From positions 74,698 through 138,697 of the forward strand of contig CAWIDE010000018.1 of NCBI GenBank assembly GCA_963834715.1: DNA of 64,000 nt, written 5' to 3'. This document shows, one piece after another, positions 31,875-43,482 of the stretch (the first letter of the stretch is position 1; the number at the start of each line of letters is the position of its first letter). The notes beneath the pieces were generated by a model, which worked only from the letters and a program-made list of their open reading frames with translations, did no database searches and was not told the DNA's origin. The position numbers and the translations under genes are program-made. This stretch comes from an uncultured Pseudomonadota bacterium. GTDB taxonomy: Bacteria > Pseudomonadota > Alphaproteobacteria > Acetobacterales > Acetobacteraceae.

Positions 31875-33330
31875 ATGGAAGACGAGGCGCGAGTGGGCGG
31901 GAACACATCGCTTGACCCTTCTGACTGGACGGCGCTGCGGGCGCTGGGTCACCGCATGCTGGACGATCTGTTCGATGACTGGGCCGGTGTACGGGAGGGA
32001 CCAGTTTGGCGGCCGATGCCGAAGGCGGTCAGAAGCGCGTGGAACGAAGCCCTACCGCGGGCGGGGGCTGATCCAGAGGCGGTCTATGCGGAGTATAGGC
32101 GGCTGATCGCACCGCATGGCGTGGGCCAACCGGCATCCGCGGTTTTTCGGGTGGGTGCACGGTGGCGGGACGCCAGAGGGTATGCTGGCCGAGCTGCTGG
32201 CCGCGGGGTTGAACGCGAATTGCGGCGGGCGGGATCACGCCCCGATCGCGGTGGAGCGTCAGGTCGTGCAGTGGGCGGCGGAGATGCTGGGGCTGCCGGC
32301 TGATTCGAGCGGGCTGGTGGTGAGCGGGACTTCGGCGGCCAATCTGATCGCGGTGCTGGTGGCCCGGGCGGCGGCGCTGGGCAGCGCCGTGCGCACGCAC
32401 GGCGTCGGAGCGGCAAGGCTGGCGGCGTATGCGTCGGACGGCGTTCACATGTGCGTCGCCCGCGCACTCGATATGGCGGGGTTGGGTTCGGATGCGCTCC
32501 GCCGGATGCATTGCGACGAGGCGGGGCGGATGGACGTGGCGGAGCTGCGCGACCGGCTGGAGGCAGACCGGGCGGTGGGGGCGGTTCCGTTCATTGTGGT
32601 CGGCACCGCGGGCAGCGTGGATACCGGCGCGGTGGATGATCTGGCGGCGATTGCCGCACGCAGCCGGGCGGCGGGTGCATGGTTTCATGTAGATGCGGCG
32701 ATCGGCGCGCCTGCCATGCTGTCTGCCCGGCTGCGTCCGTTGATGGCGGGGATTGAGCTGGCGGACTCGGTGGGGTTCGATTTTCATAAGTTGGCGCAGG
32801 TGCAGTACGACGCGGGATGCATCGTGGTGCGGGATGCGGCAGCGCATCGGGCGGCGTTTGCGCGGGCCGCATCGTATCTGCAGGCGGCGGAGCAGGGTTT
32901 GTCGGCGGGGGATCCGTGGCCGGTGGATCTGGGGCCGGAGCTGTCGCGTGGGTTTCGCGCGCTGAAGGTCTGGATGACGCTGAAGACGTATGAGGCTGAC
33001 CGGCTGGGCGCGGTGGTTGAGCATTGTTGCGATCTGGCGCAGCGGCTGGCAGCGGCGATTGGCGACAGCTCGGAGCTAGAGTTGATGGCACCGGTGGCGC
33101 TGAACATTGTGTGCTTTCGGGTGCGGGGACTTGGAGATCAGGAGCAGGACGAAATCGCTGCGGACCTGCAGGAGGCGGGGAGTGTGGTGTTATCGACGAC
33201 AACGATCGGGGGGCGGCGGGTGCTGCGCGCCGCGATCGTTAATCACCGCACGGTGGAGGAAGATGTTGACGCGGTGGTGAGCGAGGTGTGCCGGGTGGCG
33301 TGGCGGCGGCGGACGATCGGGTTTTTGTGA
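31875..33330 (+). pseudogene. pyridoxal-dependent (group II) amino-acid decarboxylase, frameshifted
   Basis: N-terminus MEDEARVGGNTSLDPSDWTALRALGHRMLDDLFD...AEYRRLIAPHGVG is in frame 0. The protein continues NRHPRFFGWVHGGGTPEGMLAELLAAGLN... in ORF 32116..33330. Extra C at about 32124-32127. A DFHKL motif with the putative PLP lysine is present. Confidence 0.75.
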
Positions 33331-33387
33331 TCGAGAGGCTGCAGAGAAGGTCACCACGGAGACGGGGAGGCGCGGAGAAGTATCCGA

Positions 33388-34786
33388 TCAGGGGGAGACT
33401 TCCTCGAGGCGCCTGCCGTTGGTGCGCGGGCCGAAAATGCCGATTGAAAACACGATTAGGAGCATGGCGGCGCCGATCATCACGAACACCCCGAACTGTC
33501 CCACACTCGCCAGGATCGCAGCTACCCAGTAGCCAACAAAAATCGCGCTGACCCTACTCCAGGAAAACGAAAAGCCGACTGCGAGCGCGCGGATCCGTGT
33601 CGGGAACAGCTCGGCCGCATAAGGATGGAAGACGCTGATCAGCCAGTTATTGCACAGCGTGACCAGCACACCGCTCGCTACGATCAGACCGATGCTTCGA
33701 GAGAGCGCAAAGGAAAAACCGAATACAGCGATGCCGATCGCGGTTAGTACAAGCTGCCATTTGCGCTCGAAGCGCTCAGCGAAATAGCCACCGAGCAGTC
33801 CGCCGATCGGTGTCAGCAGCACGATGAGAAAGGTGTATCGCAGCGAATGCACGATGGTGTAGCCGCGTTGTACGAGGATGATCGGCACCCAGGAGGTGAA
33901 GCCGAACACGGCAATCGTCTGGCAAAACTGGAAGATGGACAGCGCCACCGTGCGAATAATATAGCGGCCGCGGAACATCTCGGACCAGGCGCCGCGCGCG
34001 ACTGGCGCCTCGGTGATTTCGGACGAGGGCGGAGGCAGCGAGCCGACCTCAGCCTCGATGTCCGCCTCGATCTTGCGCAACGCGTGATCTGCTTCGGCCC
34101 TTCGACCATGGGCCTCGAGCCAGCGCGGTGACTCCGGAAGGCGTTGCTGCACGAGCCAGACGAGCAGTCCACCGAGCGCTCCGACAAGCACGACCCAACG
34201 CCAGCCGGCAACTCCAAGTGGCGCATAGGGCACAAGCAGTGCGCCGAGAAAAGCACAGACAGGAACGGCGGTAAGAATCATCGCCAACGCCAGGGCCATG
34301 TAGCGGCCGCGCAGATAGCGCGGGGTGATTTCTGCCATGAAGCTGTCGTTGTTGATCAACTGCACGCCGACGCCGAGGCCGGCGAAGAACCGGAACAGAT
34401 CCATCCAGCCGGGAGAACTGGAGAACGCGATCAGGAGATTGAAAATCGAGTACACGACCATCGACCAGATGAAGATCATACGGCGGCCGAAGAGGTCTGA
34501 TAGCCGGCTGAACAGGATCGTGCTCACGAACATCCCGGCAAAGAAGGATGCGAGAAAGCTGGGGAAGCTGTGGAAGTCGAGAAGGCTAGTGGCCTTAACG
34601 GTAAAGATCCGGTCATGGACGAGGCCAAGCGAGATCGCCCCTGGCATGAAGAGCTCGTAGAACTCGAACCAGCCGCCGACCGCGATCAGTACCGATGAGC
34701 CTGAGGAGTGCGCGCGATGGAGGCAGGCGTTCGATGCGCGCAAGGATCGCGTGGGGTGCGAAGGTGACTTTGGTGACACTACTCAT
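33388..34786 (-). CDS. MFS transporter (metabolite:H+ symporter-like); 5' end frameshifted
   Basis: ORF track, 463 aa. The family-typical N-terminus MSSVTKVTFAPHAILARIERLPPSRALLRLI starts at the ATG (complement of 34784-34786) in another frame. It joins VLIAVGGWFEFYELF... at about 34690-34696. Confidence 0.7.
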
Positions 34787-35174
34787 TGACTTTTGTCCGA
34801 GAGGCTGGCCGTGCGGGCGATCTCACCTACGTCGCTGAGCTGTTCAACGTTCCAGCGATCCGCCAACCGCGCAGCCGACCCAGTTGAATAGGGTACGCTC
34901 AGCCTCCCGGTGCACTGCAGCGGGCAGGTCATCGGGCGTTGCCGAGGCGATATAGTTCGCAAGGAGTTGAGTGGGCGAGACATCATCTTTCTCTGAACCC
35001 ACGGCGGTTACCATTCGATGTGGTTGTTGATCGTGGCAAGTATCGAAATGGACAGCAAGAGCCGCTCAAGCTCTCCAGCGCTGCATGCGAGATTTGTCCG
35101 GTGCGCAGTACGCGACAAAGATAGATTGGATGGAGTTGGTTGAGATGGCAGGACGGGTTTGGTGGAGGGTATAG

Positions 35175-35972
35175 ATGCCATTGGTATTGCTGGAGAAAGA
35201 TGGGCGGGATGTCGCAACGGTCACGCTGAACCGGCCGGAGCGGGGAAATGCGTATAATGAGGAGCTGCTGGGCGAACTGATTGCCGGATTGCGAACGCTT
35301 GCGGCCGATGACGCGTTGCGCGCGGTGGTGCTGCGCGGGGCCGGCAAGCACTTTCAGGCCGGCGCGGACATCGATTGGCTGGCGCAGGCGGCGACATATC
35401 CGCCGGAGCGGAACTATGCGGCCGCGATGGCCTCGGTGCGAGCGATGAAGCTGCTGAATGAGTTTCCGCGGCCGGTGATCGCGGTGGTGCATGGCGGCTG
35501 TTTTGGCGGCGGCTGCGGAATGGTGTGCTGCGCCGATGTAGCTCTGGCGACGCCTGACGCGGTGTTCGGGCTGACGGAGGTCCGGGTGGGCGTCGCGCCG
35601 ACACCGATTTCCACGCATATGGTGCATGCGATGGGGCTGCGCCAGACACGGCGCTACGCGCTGACGGGCGAGCGATTTGGGGCGGAGGAGGCGGTGCGGA
35701 CCGGGCTGGTGCATGAGATCGTGCCGCCGGAGCGCATCCAAGCGCGGATCGGGGAAATTCTGGATGCCATCCTGCTCGGAGCGCCGAGCGCGGTCGTTGC
35801 CACCAAGAGGTCGTTCCTTGGGGCAAACGGGCTAGTGCTCGATGAGCGCGCGATGGCAATGCTGGCGTTCGAGGGTGCCACGCAGCGAGGGTCAGAGGAG
35901 GGGCGCGAGGGGACGGCGGCATTCCGGCAGAAGCGGCGCCCGGCGTGGGCCGTGGTCTCGTCAGACGGCTAA
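35175..35972 (+). CDS. enoyl-CoA hydratase/isomerase family protein
   Basis: ORF track, 265 aa: MPLVLLEKDGRDVATVTLNRPERGNAYN...GAGKHFQAGADI...HGGCFGGGCGMVCCADV. Confidence 0.8.
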   Translation: MPLVLLEKDGRDVATVTLNRPERGNAYNEELLGELIAGLRTLAADDALRAVVLRGAGKHFQAGADIDWLAQAATYPPERNYAAAMASVRAMKLLNEFPRPVIAVVHGGCFGGGCGMVCCADVALATPDAVFGLTEVRVGVAPTPISTHMVHAMGLRQTRRYALTGERFGAEEAVRTGLVHEIVPPERIQARIGEILDAILLGAPSAVVATKRSFLGANGLVLDERAMAMLAFEGATQRGSEEGREGTAAFRQKRRPAWAVVSSDG

Positions 35973-36587
35973 GCTGCGCCAGAAGGCGGCGATGATACCT
36001 TCTCCCACCAACAGTCCGCCGCTGGTACGATTCACCGCGCGCTGGAGGCGCGGAGTTCGAACAAGGCGACGAACATTCACGGCAAAGGTCGAGTAGGTGC
36101 CATCGATAACGGCGCCGCAGATCAGCACCGTCGCCAGCATCGTCGCGAACTGCGGCGGGAGTGGTGCGCGGGCATCGATGAACTGCGGGACAAACACCAT
36201 GAAGAACAGGATCGACTTGGGGTTGAAGACAGTGGTGAGCCAGGCGTGCAGGAACACGCGGCTTAGCGATCGCGGCGCGGGAGGAACCTGACCGGGCAGA
36301 ACGGGCCGGGCGTGCCACAGGCGGAGGCCGAGGAAGATCAGGTAAGCGGCGCCAGCGAGCTTGAGTAAGGCGAAGGCGGTTGCCGACGCTTTCAGGATAG
36401 CCCCTACGCCGAACAGGGCGGCGGTGAGGCAAGTGGCATCACCGACACTCGTGCCGGCCACGACCGCAAGCGCCGTGCGGCGGCCATAAGCGATGGCGTA
36501 GGAGACAACGAGCAGGATCGTTGGCCCGGGTGCGAGGGCCATGAGGGAGTAGGCTAAGACGAAGGCGATCCAGATCGTGGTGCTCAT
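35961..36587 (-). CDS. LysE-family amino-acid exporter
   Basis: Internal start MSTTIWIAFVLAYSLMALAPGPTILLVVSYAIAYGRR... (ATG is the complement of 36585-36587). The ORF-track extension to 37415 is non-coding-like and overlaps the opposite gene. Confidence 0.8.
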   Translation of the reverse strand: MSTTIWIAFVLAYSLMALAPGPTILLVVSYAIAYGRRTALAVVAGTSVGDATCLTAALFGVGAILKASATAFALLKLAGAAYLIFLGLRLWHARPVLPGQVPPAPRSLSRVFLHAWLTTVFNPKSILFFMVFVPQFIDARAPLPPQFATMLATVLICGAVIDGTYSTFAVNVRRLVRTPRLQRAVNRTSGGLLVGEGIIAAFWRSLAV

Positions 36588-36679
36588 TGCCAGTCCAGTA
36601 CCTCGCACGGATACTGGAGGTAAGGCAAACCGAGCCGGTCCGAAAACCGGCACATCGAGAACGAGACTGGGAGCGAAAT

Positions 36680-37960
36680 ATGGTCCAGGGAATGCAAGCC
36701 GCGCGGGCGAACCGCTGGGCCCAGCTCTGGCTGGGCATGGTGTGCATGGTGCTGATCGCCAACCTGCAATAAGGCTGGACGCTATTCGTCCGGCCGATGC
36801 ATGCAGCCCACGGATGGTCGATCGCCGGAATCCAGGTGGCATTTGCGATTTTTGTAGCAACGGAGACCTGGCTAACGCCGGTGGCAGGCTGGATTGTGGA
36901 TAGCCTCGGACCGCGTCGTGGCCCGCCGCTGATGATCGGCATCGGTAGCGTGCTCGTGGGGGTGGCTTGGATCGTGGATGCGCAAGCGCAGTCGCTGGGC
37001 GCCCTGTACGCTGGGGCGGCGCTGTCGGGGATCGGAGCCGGCGCCGTCTACGCCACGTGCGTCGGCAACGCGGTGAAATGGTTCCCGGACAAACGCGGAC
37101 TGGCGGTAGGGCTGACCGCGGCGGGCTTCGGGGCGGGCGCCGCGCTGACCGTCGTGCCGATCCGGTTGCTGATTGCGGGCGCGGGGTATCAGGCCGCGTT
37201 CTTCTGGTTTGGCCTCGGGCAAGGGGTGTTGTTGCTGCTGCTGGCACCGCTGATGCACGGGCCGGTGCCGGGGGAGCGCGTGATAGTGCATCGGCCTGCG
37301 CCGGCGGTGCCGCAGGCTGCGCATAGCACCGCGCCCGGGGAAGTTTTACGCAGCCCACTGTTCTGGCTGCTGTACGTGATGTTTGTGCTGGTAGCGGCAA
37401 GCGGTTTGATGGCAACTGCGCAAATCGCGCCGATTGCTCACGACTTTGGCGTGGCCACGCATCCGCTGCTGTTCGGCGCGGGCGCCCTGACGGTCGCGCT
37501 GGTGATCGACAACGTTATGAACGGTCTGGCCCGGCCGTTCTTCGGCGCGGTTTCGGACCGGATCGGGCGAGAGAACACGATGGGCCTGGCGTTCACCCTC
37601 GGGGCGCTGAGTTATGCCTTGCTGGCAACGATCGGGTCGCGCCCGTGGGCGTTCGTGATCTGCGCCGGGTTGGTGCTTTTCACCTGGGGCGAGATCTTCA
37701 GCCTGTTCCCGGCGACCTGCACCGACCTGTTTGGCCCCAAATTCGCCACCACGAACGCCTCTCTGCTCTACACGGCGAAGGGGATGGCCGCCTGGCTGGT
37801 GCCGCTCGCAAACGTGCTGAAAGCAGCCACTGGAAGCTGGCACACAGTGTTTGTCGTCTCGGCGGTGGCGAACCTTGTGGTGGTGGCGTGCGCGGTGTTC
37901 GTTTTGCGGCCGGCACGGGAGCGAGTGGCGACCGCGGGGCCTGTCGGGCGGGCTGCTTGA
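36680..37960 (+). pseudogene. oxalate/formate antiporter (OFA) family MFS transporter with an in-frame stop
   Basis: MVQGMQAARANRWAQLWLGMVCMVLIANLQ-TAA-GWTLFVRPMHAAHGWSIAGIQVAFAIFVATETWLTP... ORFs 36587..36772 and 36797..37960 share one frame. The TAA at 36770-36772 occupies the position of the conserved Tyr in LQYGWT. Confidence 0.75.
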
Positions 37961-38014
37961 CCAACCTGCACCCGGCGCGCTACCGCGCGCCGGCCGATTC
38001 TGGGGGCAGAGCAG

Positions 38015-38917
38015 ATGAGTGCATCGCCGATCGATTACGAGGCGGCGGCGCGGCAGGCGCGGACGCTGGCGCTGGCATTGCCGTTTCTGCGCCGCTACGC
38101 CGGGGCGACCGTGGTGGTGAAATACGGTGGCCACGCGATGGGCGAGGAAGAGCTTGCTCTGCAGTTTGGCGCTGATATCGCGATCCTGAAGCAGGTCGGG
38201 ATCAACCCGGTTGTGGTGCATGGCGGCGGGCCGCAGATCAATGCGATGCTGCAGCGGCTGGCGATCAAATCCACTTTCGTCGACGGGCTGCGGGTGACTG
38301 ACGGCGCCATGGTGGAAGTGGTGGAGATGGTGCTGGCGGGCACGGTCAATAAGTACGTCGCGGGGTTGATCAACCGGGCCGGGGCGCTGGCGGTGGGGAT
38401 CTGCGGTAAGGATGGTGGGCTGATCCGGGCTCGGAAGCTAGCGCGGACCTCGCGCGATCCCGGCAGCCAGATCGAGAAGGTGCTGGATCTGGGGTTCGTG
38501 GGCGAGCCGGAGCATGTGGATGTGCGGGTGATTCATGCTCTGACCGGGGCTGGGCTGATCCCGGTGATCGCGCCGGTCGGGGCGGATGAGCATGGGCAAA
38601 CGTACAACATCAACGCTGACACGGTGGCGGGCGCGGTGGCGGGAGCGTTGGGCGCTCGGAGGCTCTTGCTGCTGACCGACGTGCCGGGAGTGCTGGATGA
38701 GCAGAAGCGGCTGATCCCGGAGCTGACGGTTGCGGAAGTGACGCGCGGGATCGAGCGCGGGGTGATTACGGGTGGTATGATCCCGAAAGTGCAGACCTGT
38801 GTGGCCGCGGTGCAGTCGGGCGCGAAGGGCGCGGTGATCCTGGACGGGCGGGTGCCGCACGCGTGCTTGCTGGAGCTGTTTACCGAGGCTGGGGCGGGGA
38901 CGATCATCCGGCCTTGA
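38015..38917 (+). CDS. argB: acetylglutamate kinase
   Basis: ORF track, 300 aa: ...[19 protein letters not shown]...[13 protein letters not shown]...YNINADT. Confidence 0.9.
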   Translation: MSASPIDYEAAARQARTLALALPFLRRYAGATVVVKYGGHAMGEEELALQFGADIAILKQVGINPVVVHGGGPQINAMLQRLAIKSTFVDGLRVTDGAMVEVVEMVLAGTVNKYVAGLINRAGALAVGICGKDGGLIRARKLARTSRDPGSQIEKVLDLGFVGEPEHVDVRVIHALTGAGLIPVIAPVGADEHGQTYNINADTVAGAVAGALGARRLLLLTDVPGVLDEQKRLIPELTVAEVTRGIERGVITGGMIPKVQTCVAAVQSGAKGAVILDGRVPHACLLELFTEAGAGTIIRP

Positions 38918-38939
38918 CCACAAGTGCCGCATCGATCGC

Positions 38940-40413
38940 TCATCCAATCTCATCTGCTCCGCCAAGCGTGTGAGCCGTCACCAGCAGCCCGTTGACAGGC
39001 TCTCCGCATTCCAATCGTGGGATGATTGGATCCGTCGTCGCATGTGTCAGACCGGCCTTGGCCAGTGCGGCCCTAACATAAGCGGCGCGGTGGCAGAATC
39101 GTCCAGTCGGCGCCAGCCGATATGGATCATCACCATCATCCTCGAACAGGTGCTCCAAGGTGAATAAGAGGTGCCCTCCGGCTTTGAGTGACGCAGCGGC
39201 CGACGCAACCACGTAATCGAGCGAACCGTGGTAGACCAAGGTGTCGGAGGCGACTATGACGTCGAAGGCCAACGGATGCTTAACCATGTAGTCGGTGAGT
39301 TCCGCTTCGACCAATTCGTCGTAAACCTCGCGTTTCGCCGCTTCCTTCAGCATGCTTTCGGAGAGATCGACGCCCACGAGATGAGCGGCGAACGGCTTCA
39401 GGATCGGCCCACACAATCCTGTGCCGCAGCCGATATCCAGGATGGCGAGGTTGCCATCGGCCCTCACCATTGCTGCTAGCTTCTCGGCGATAATGCCGGG
39501 CGCCCGATATTGGAGCTGCGCGAGGGATTTGTCGAAATGCGGCGCGTAGTGGTTGAATAGGCGGCGAATGTAAGCTTCCGGTGCCTTCGTTTGATGCGGA
39601 TCGGAGGTGCACGCGGCCAGCAGATGTTGGATGACGGCGTTGTCGGGATCGAAATGTAGAAGGCGCCGAAACACCACCGCCGCCTCATCGAGCCTGCCAG
39701 CCCGTGCAGCCGCGCGCGCGAAGCCCTCGTAGGCCTGCACATATTGAGGTCTGGCTCTCAGCGCGAGCGCAAATAACGCGGTCGCTTCCTCGAAATGTCG
39801 GCGCGCGAAGGCCACGTTCGCAAGGTTGAGCTGTGCCTCCGGCCAATTGGGGCGCAGCGCGAGCGAACGGCGCAACAGCCGCTCCGCCTCGTCGATGTCC
39901 CCGTGGCGGCGCCGCAAGGTGGCGAGGTTCATGAGTGCTTCTGGGAAATCGGGACGCAGCAAAATGGCCTTGCCAAAGGCAATTTCCGCGTCTTCCAGCC
40001 GGCCCTTGATTATCAGGGTATTGCCGTAGTTCGCGTAGTACTCTGGCACATCAGGCCGAATTCGAAATCGCCCGCTCGAACAGCGGCAGTGCATCGTCCG
40101 GCCGGTTGAGCTGGGCGGCGAGTAACCCGAAAAGGTGATGCGCGTCCGGCTGATCCGGTTGCCACTGGAGCACCTGGCGATACATCTGATCTGCCTCCAG
40201 CAATAGCCCTTCTCTGTGCTTCGCCATCGCTCTCGCCAGAAAAGCGCGTATTTGTGTCGGCGTAGTTCCGTGCGGTGTCGTATCTCGTGAACCGTTTGCT
40301 CGCTCGTCGAGCTGCGAGCTCCTCGTCGGGTGACTGCTGCGATCGTCTGCTGAGTGGGACACAAGAATTCCGTTATCCACTGAACGAGGCCGCGCGGAGG
40401 GCGAGCGTGACAA
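38940..40413 (-). pseudogene. TPR-repeat protein fused to a class I SAM-dependent methyltransferase, frameshifted; 5' end uncertain
   Basis: ORF 40051..40413 carries the first TPRs (...EADQMYRQVLQWQPDQPDAHHLFGLLAAQLNRPDDALPLFERAI). The sequence IRPDVPEYYANYGNTLIIKGRLEDAE..., further TPRs and the methyltransferase motif ILDIGCGTG continue in ORF 38940..40364. The frame switch is near 40054-40068. Confidence 0.65.
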
Positions 40414-40483
40414 CCCCCAAGCGGTGTCGTATCATGCTAGCATTTCGCGGATCTGCGCTAGTTTTCTCGACGAGAGGTGGCAC

Positions 40484-40969
40484 ATGGCGTTCGGAATGTT
40501 TCTCAAGCTGGCGGGCATTGAGGGGGAATCGACCGATGCGAAACACAAGGGCGAGATTGACGTGCTAGCCTGGAGCTGGGGACTTTCGAACCCTGTTACC
40601 GTCGGTACCGCCGGCAGTGGTGCCGGAGCCGGTCATGCAAACATCCAGGACCTCTCGATCACGAAAGCGGTCGATCTGGCCTCCCCGCTCCTGGTTACCT
40701 ACTGTGCCACCGGCAAGCACATCAGCGATGGCTCACTCGCGATAGTCAAAGCAGGTGGACACGGCGAGGACTTCCTGGTTTTCAACATGGCCGATGTAGT
40801 CGTGAACTCGGTTCAGGAAGGGGGATCGAAGGGTGACAATCAGTTGACCCAGAATGTCAGTCTAGCTTTCAGCAAATGGCAGCTCGACTACCAGCCCACC
40901 AAGGCGGACGGTACGACGGGTCCTGTAACATCTTCCGGCTGGAACATTACGACGAATAAGCCAGCTTAA
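40484..40969 (+). CDS. hcp: type VI secretion system tube protein Hcp (TssD), orphan
   Basis: MAFGMFLKLAGIEGESTDAKHKGEIDVLAWSWGLSNP...IQDLSITKAVDLASPLL...GKHISDG...161 aa. GAGAGGTGG SD upstream. Confidence 0.8.
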   Translation: MAFGMFLKLAGIEGESTDAKHKGEIDVLAWSWGLSNPVTVGTAGSGAGAGHANIQDLSITKAVDLASPLLVTYCATGKHISDGSLAIVKAGGHGEDFLVFNMADVVVNSVQEGGSKGDNQLTQNVSLAFSKWQLDYQPTKADGTTGPVTSSGWNITTNKPA

Positions 40970-41289
40970 GGAACCTCTTCCCTGGCCCAGCGGCCACGAA
41001 GCTGCGCAGAATGGCCATCGCCTTTACGGAAGGCGCCTTCTGTCAAAAATCCGATCCAGACCAGCCCTTTGTTATGCGAGCAGATTCGCGGGCTTCTGGA
41101 AACGCGCTGCGTTTCCAGAAGCGCGATCTGCTCCAGGGTGTGGGGTCCCGCAGCCCGCACTGCGCGTGATGACGCGGTAATGCAGAGCCCCGCCCCGGAG
41201 AGTGGTGGCCTGCACGGCCGCTAAAGGGAATATCCTCTGCTCCGGCCGTGGAGATAAGGTCATATTGGCACGGGCGTGGAGGGGCGAAC

Positions 41290-42792
41290 ATGGCGGGCGA
41301 GTACGTCGGGGCGATTGATCAGGGCACGACGAGCTCGCGGTTTATCGTATTCGACCGGCGCGGGGCGATTGTTTCTGTTGCGCAGAAGGAGCACCGGCAG
41401 ATTTATCCGAGGCCCGGCTGGGTGGAGCATGATCCGGCCGAGATCATGGAGACTACGCACGAGGTGATCGGTGCGGCGCTGGGTCGTGCGAATCTGAGCG
41501 CGGAGGATCTGGCGGCAGTAGGGATTACCAACCAGCGGGAGACGACGCTGCTGTGGGACCGAGCGACCGGGCGGCCATTGCACAACGCGTTAGTTTGGCA
41601 GGACACGCGCGTCGATCAGCTTGTGGCGGCGTTAGCGCGCGAGGGTGGGCAGGACCGGTTCCGGGCGCTGACGGGATTGCCGCTGGCGACGTACTTCTCG
41701 GGCCTGAAGTTGCATTGGTTACTGGAGCATGTGCCGGGGGCGCGGGCCAAGGCGGAGGCAGGCGAGGCGCTGTTCGGGACGGTCGATAGCTGGCTGGTGT
41801 GGAATCTGACGGGTGGGCCGCACGGCGGGGCGCATGTGACCGATGTGACGAATGCCAGCCGAACGCAGTTGATGAACCTGGCAAGTTGCGAATGGGACGA
41901 CGCGCTACTGGCGTCGTTCGGTATTCCGCGCGCCTGTCTGCCGCGGATCGTGGCTTCGTCGGCGGTGTATGGGAAGGTTCAGAGCGGGGTGCTGCGGGGA
42001 GTGCGGGTCGCAGGGATCCTGGGGGATCAGCAGGCAGCGTTGGTGGGGCAGGCGTGCTTCGGGCCAGGTGAGGCAAAGAACACGTATGGCACGGGATGCT
42101 TTCTGCTGATGAACACCGGGACCGCGCCGGTGCAGTCGAAGGCCGGGCTGCTGACCACGGTGGCGTATAAATTCGGTGCGGACCGACCGTATTATGCGCT
42201 GGAGGGTGCGATTGCTATTACCGGGGCGCTGGTACAATGGCTGCGCGATAATCTGAAGCTGTTCGACATAGCAGCACAGATCGAGCCTCTGGCGGCGAGC
42301 GTGCCGGATAATGGCGATGTTTATTTCGTACCGGCGTTTTCAGGGCTGTACGCGCCCTACTGGAAGGAGGACGCGCGCGGAGTCATCGCCGGGCTGACGC
42401 GGTTTGCCACGCGCGCACATCTGGCGCGGGCGGCACTGGAGGCAACGGCGTATCAAACCTGCGATGTGGCGGCGGCCATGGAAGCGGATAGTGGGATCAA
42501 GCTGACTAGCTTGAAATGTGACGGCGGAATGGTTGTGAATGACTTGCTGATGCAATTTCAGGCAGATATGCTGGGAGTGCCCGTGGTGCGACCGGTGGTA
42601 ACGGAGACAACGGCGCTCGGCGCGGCCTATGCGGCGGGTTTGGCGGTGGGCTACTGGGCGGGGACGGAGGAGCTGCGGGGGAACTGGGCGGCGGGGAGTG
42701 TGTGGACGCCAGGGTTGCCGGCCGAGGTGAGGGAGAAGTACCACCGGTCATGGAAAAAGGCAGTACAGCGGTCGTTTGACTGGGTGGAATAG
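41290..42792 (+). CDS. glpK: glycerol kinase
   Basis: [22 protein letters not shown]...GWVEHDP...ITNQRETT...GDQQAAL... Confidence 0.92.
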   Translation: MAGEYVGAIDQGTTSSRFIVFDRRGAIVSVAQKEHRQIYPRPGWVEHDPAEIMETTHEVIGAALGRANLSAEDLAAVGITNQRETTLLWDRATGRPLHNALVWQDTRVDQLVAALAREGGQDRFRALTGLPLATYFSGLKLHWLLEHVPGARAKAEAGEALFGTVDSWLVWNLTGGPHGGAHVTDVTNASRTQLMNLASCEWDDALLASFGIPRACLPRIVASSAVYGKVQSGVLRGVRVAGILGDQQAALVGQACFGPGEAKNTYGTGCFLLMNTGTAPVQSKAGLLTTVAYKFGADRPYYALEGAIAITGALVQWLRDNLKLFDIAAQIEPLAASVPDNGDVYFVPAFSGLYAPYWKEDARGVIAGLTRFATRAHLARAALEATAYQTCDVAAAMEADSGIKLTSLKCDGGMVVNDLLMQFQADMLGVPVVRPVVTETTALGAAYAAGLAVGYWAGTEELRGNWAAGSVWTPGLPAEVREKYHRSWKKAVQRSFDWVE

Positions 42793-42879
42793 CGGTATCT
42801 GAAGACGTGTGAAGCAGTTCACAGACAACCGCACCAGCCTGTCTTATCGTACCGGTCCTCCCAGCAAGCGGAGGCTGAT

Positions 42880-43482
42880 ATGCAGAACTCTGCAACCCCA
42901 ACCTCGGCCGATATCCTCGTGGCCCTGGCCTGTGGGCTGGTCGTTGCATTTTACGCGGCGAAGCGATACAATACGCCAGAGACGAACCGTCTCTCGACCA
43001 CGCGGTCCCTCTTTCTGGTTACCGGAGCTGGATACATTGTAGCTTCGGTCTGCCTCTTCGCTCTACTGTCCGAAATAATCCTCAAGCCTGGCATCTTAAC
43101 GTTCCTTGGCGTCGATCATGCACAGGAGGCCGTCGCAAAATATTCGGCGCCGCCCGTCCTTGCCGCTCTTCTCCTCACTACCTTGCTTCCGAATACGGCT
43201 CTGATCAGCGAGGCGGACCACTGGCTCTTGAAGAGCTTCCAGGATTGGGGACGGATCCCACATGGCGTTCGGAATCTCGCCGATGATTTGACGCCGAAGG
43301 CGATGCCACTTACCGAATCAGACCTTGTTTCCCTCCGTGCATGGATCAACGCGGAGGCCGATGTTCCAAGTGAGCTCGCTTCACGAGTAAGGTACCGATG
43401 TGGCCGATACTTCCCGGGGTAAGCTCACACGAGCATTGCGGTTCTTCTATCAGTTGAATCAATTGAAAGTAACACCAGACTA
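42880..43482 (+). pseudogene. 5' fragment of an uncharacterised large membrane protein gene, interrupted by IS630 (and possibly a frameshift near 43385-43395)
   Basis: ORF 42880..43422 has TM helices. A +1 frame from 43391 reads GTDVADTSRGKLTRALRFFYQLNQLKVTPD up to the TA at 43481-43482. Confidence 0.6.

Noticed and set aside
40970-41290. Three overlapping minus-strand ORFs (61-82 aa) that might be toxin-antitoxin or other small-gene remnants
   Set aside because: I could not match any frame to a known family. They overlap each other and the palindrome, so there is no support for coding.
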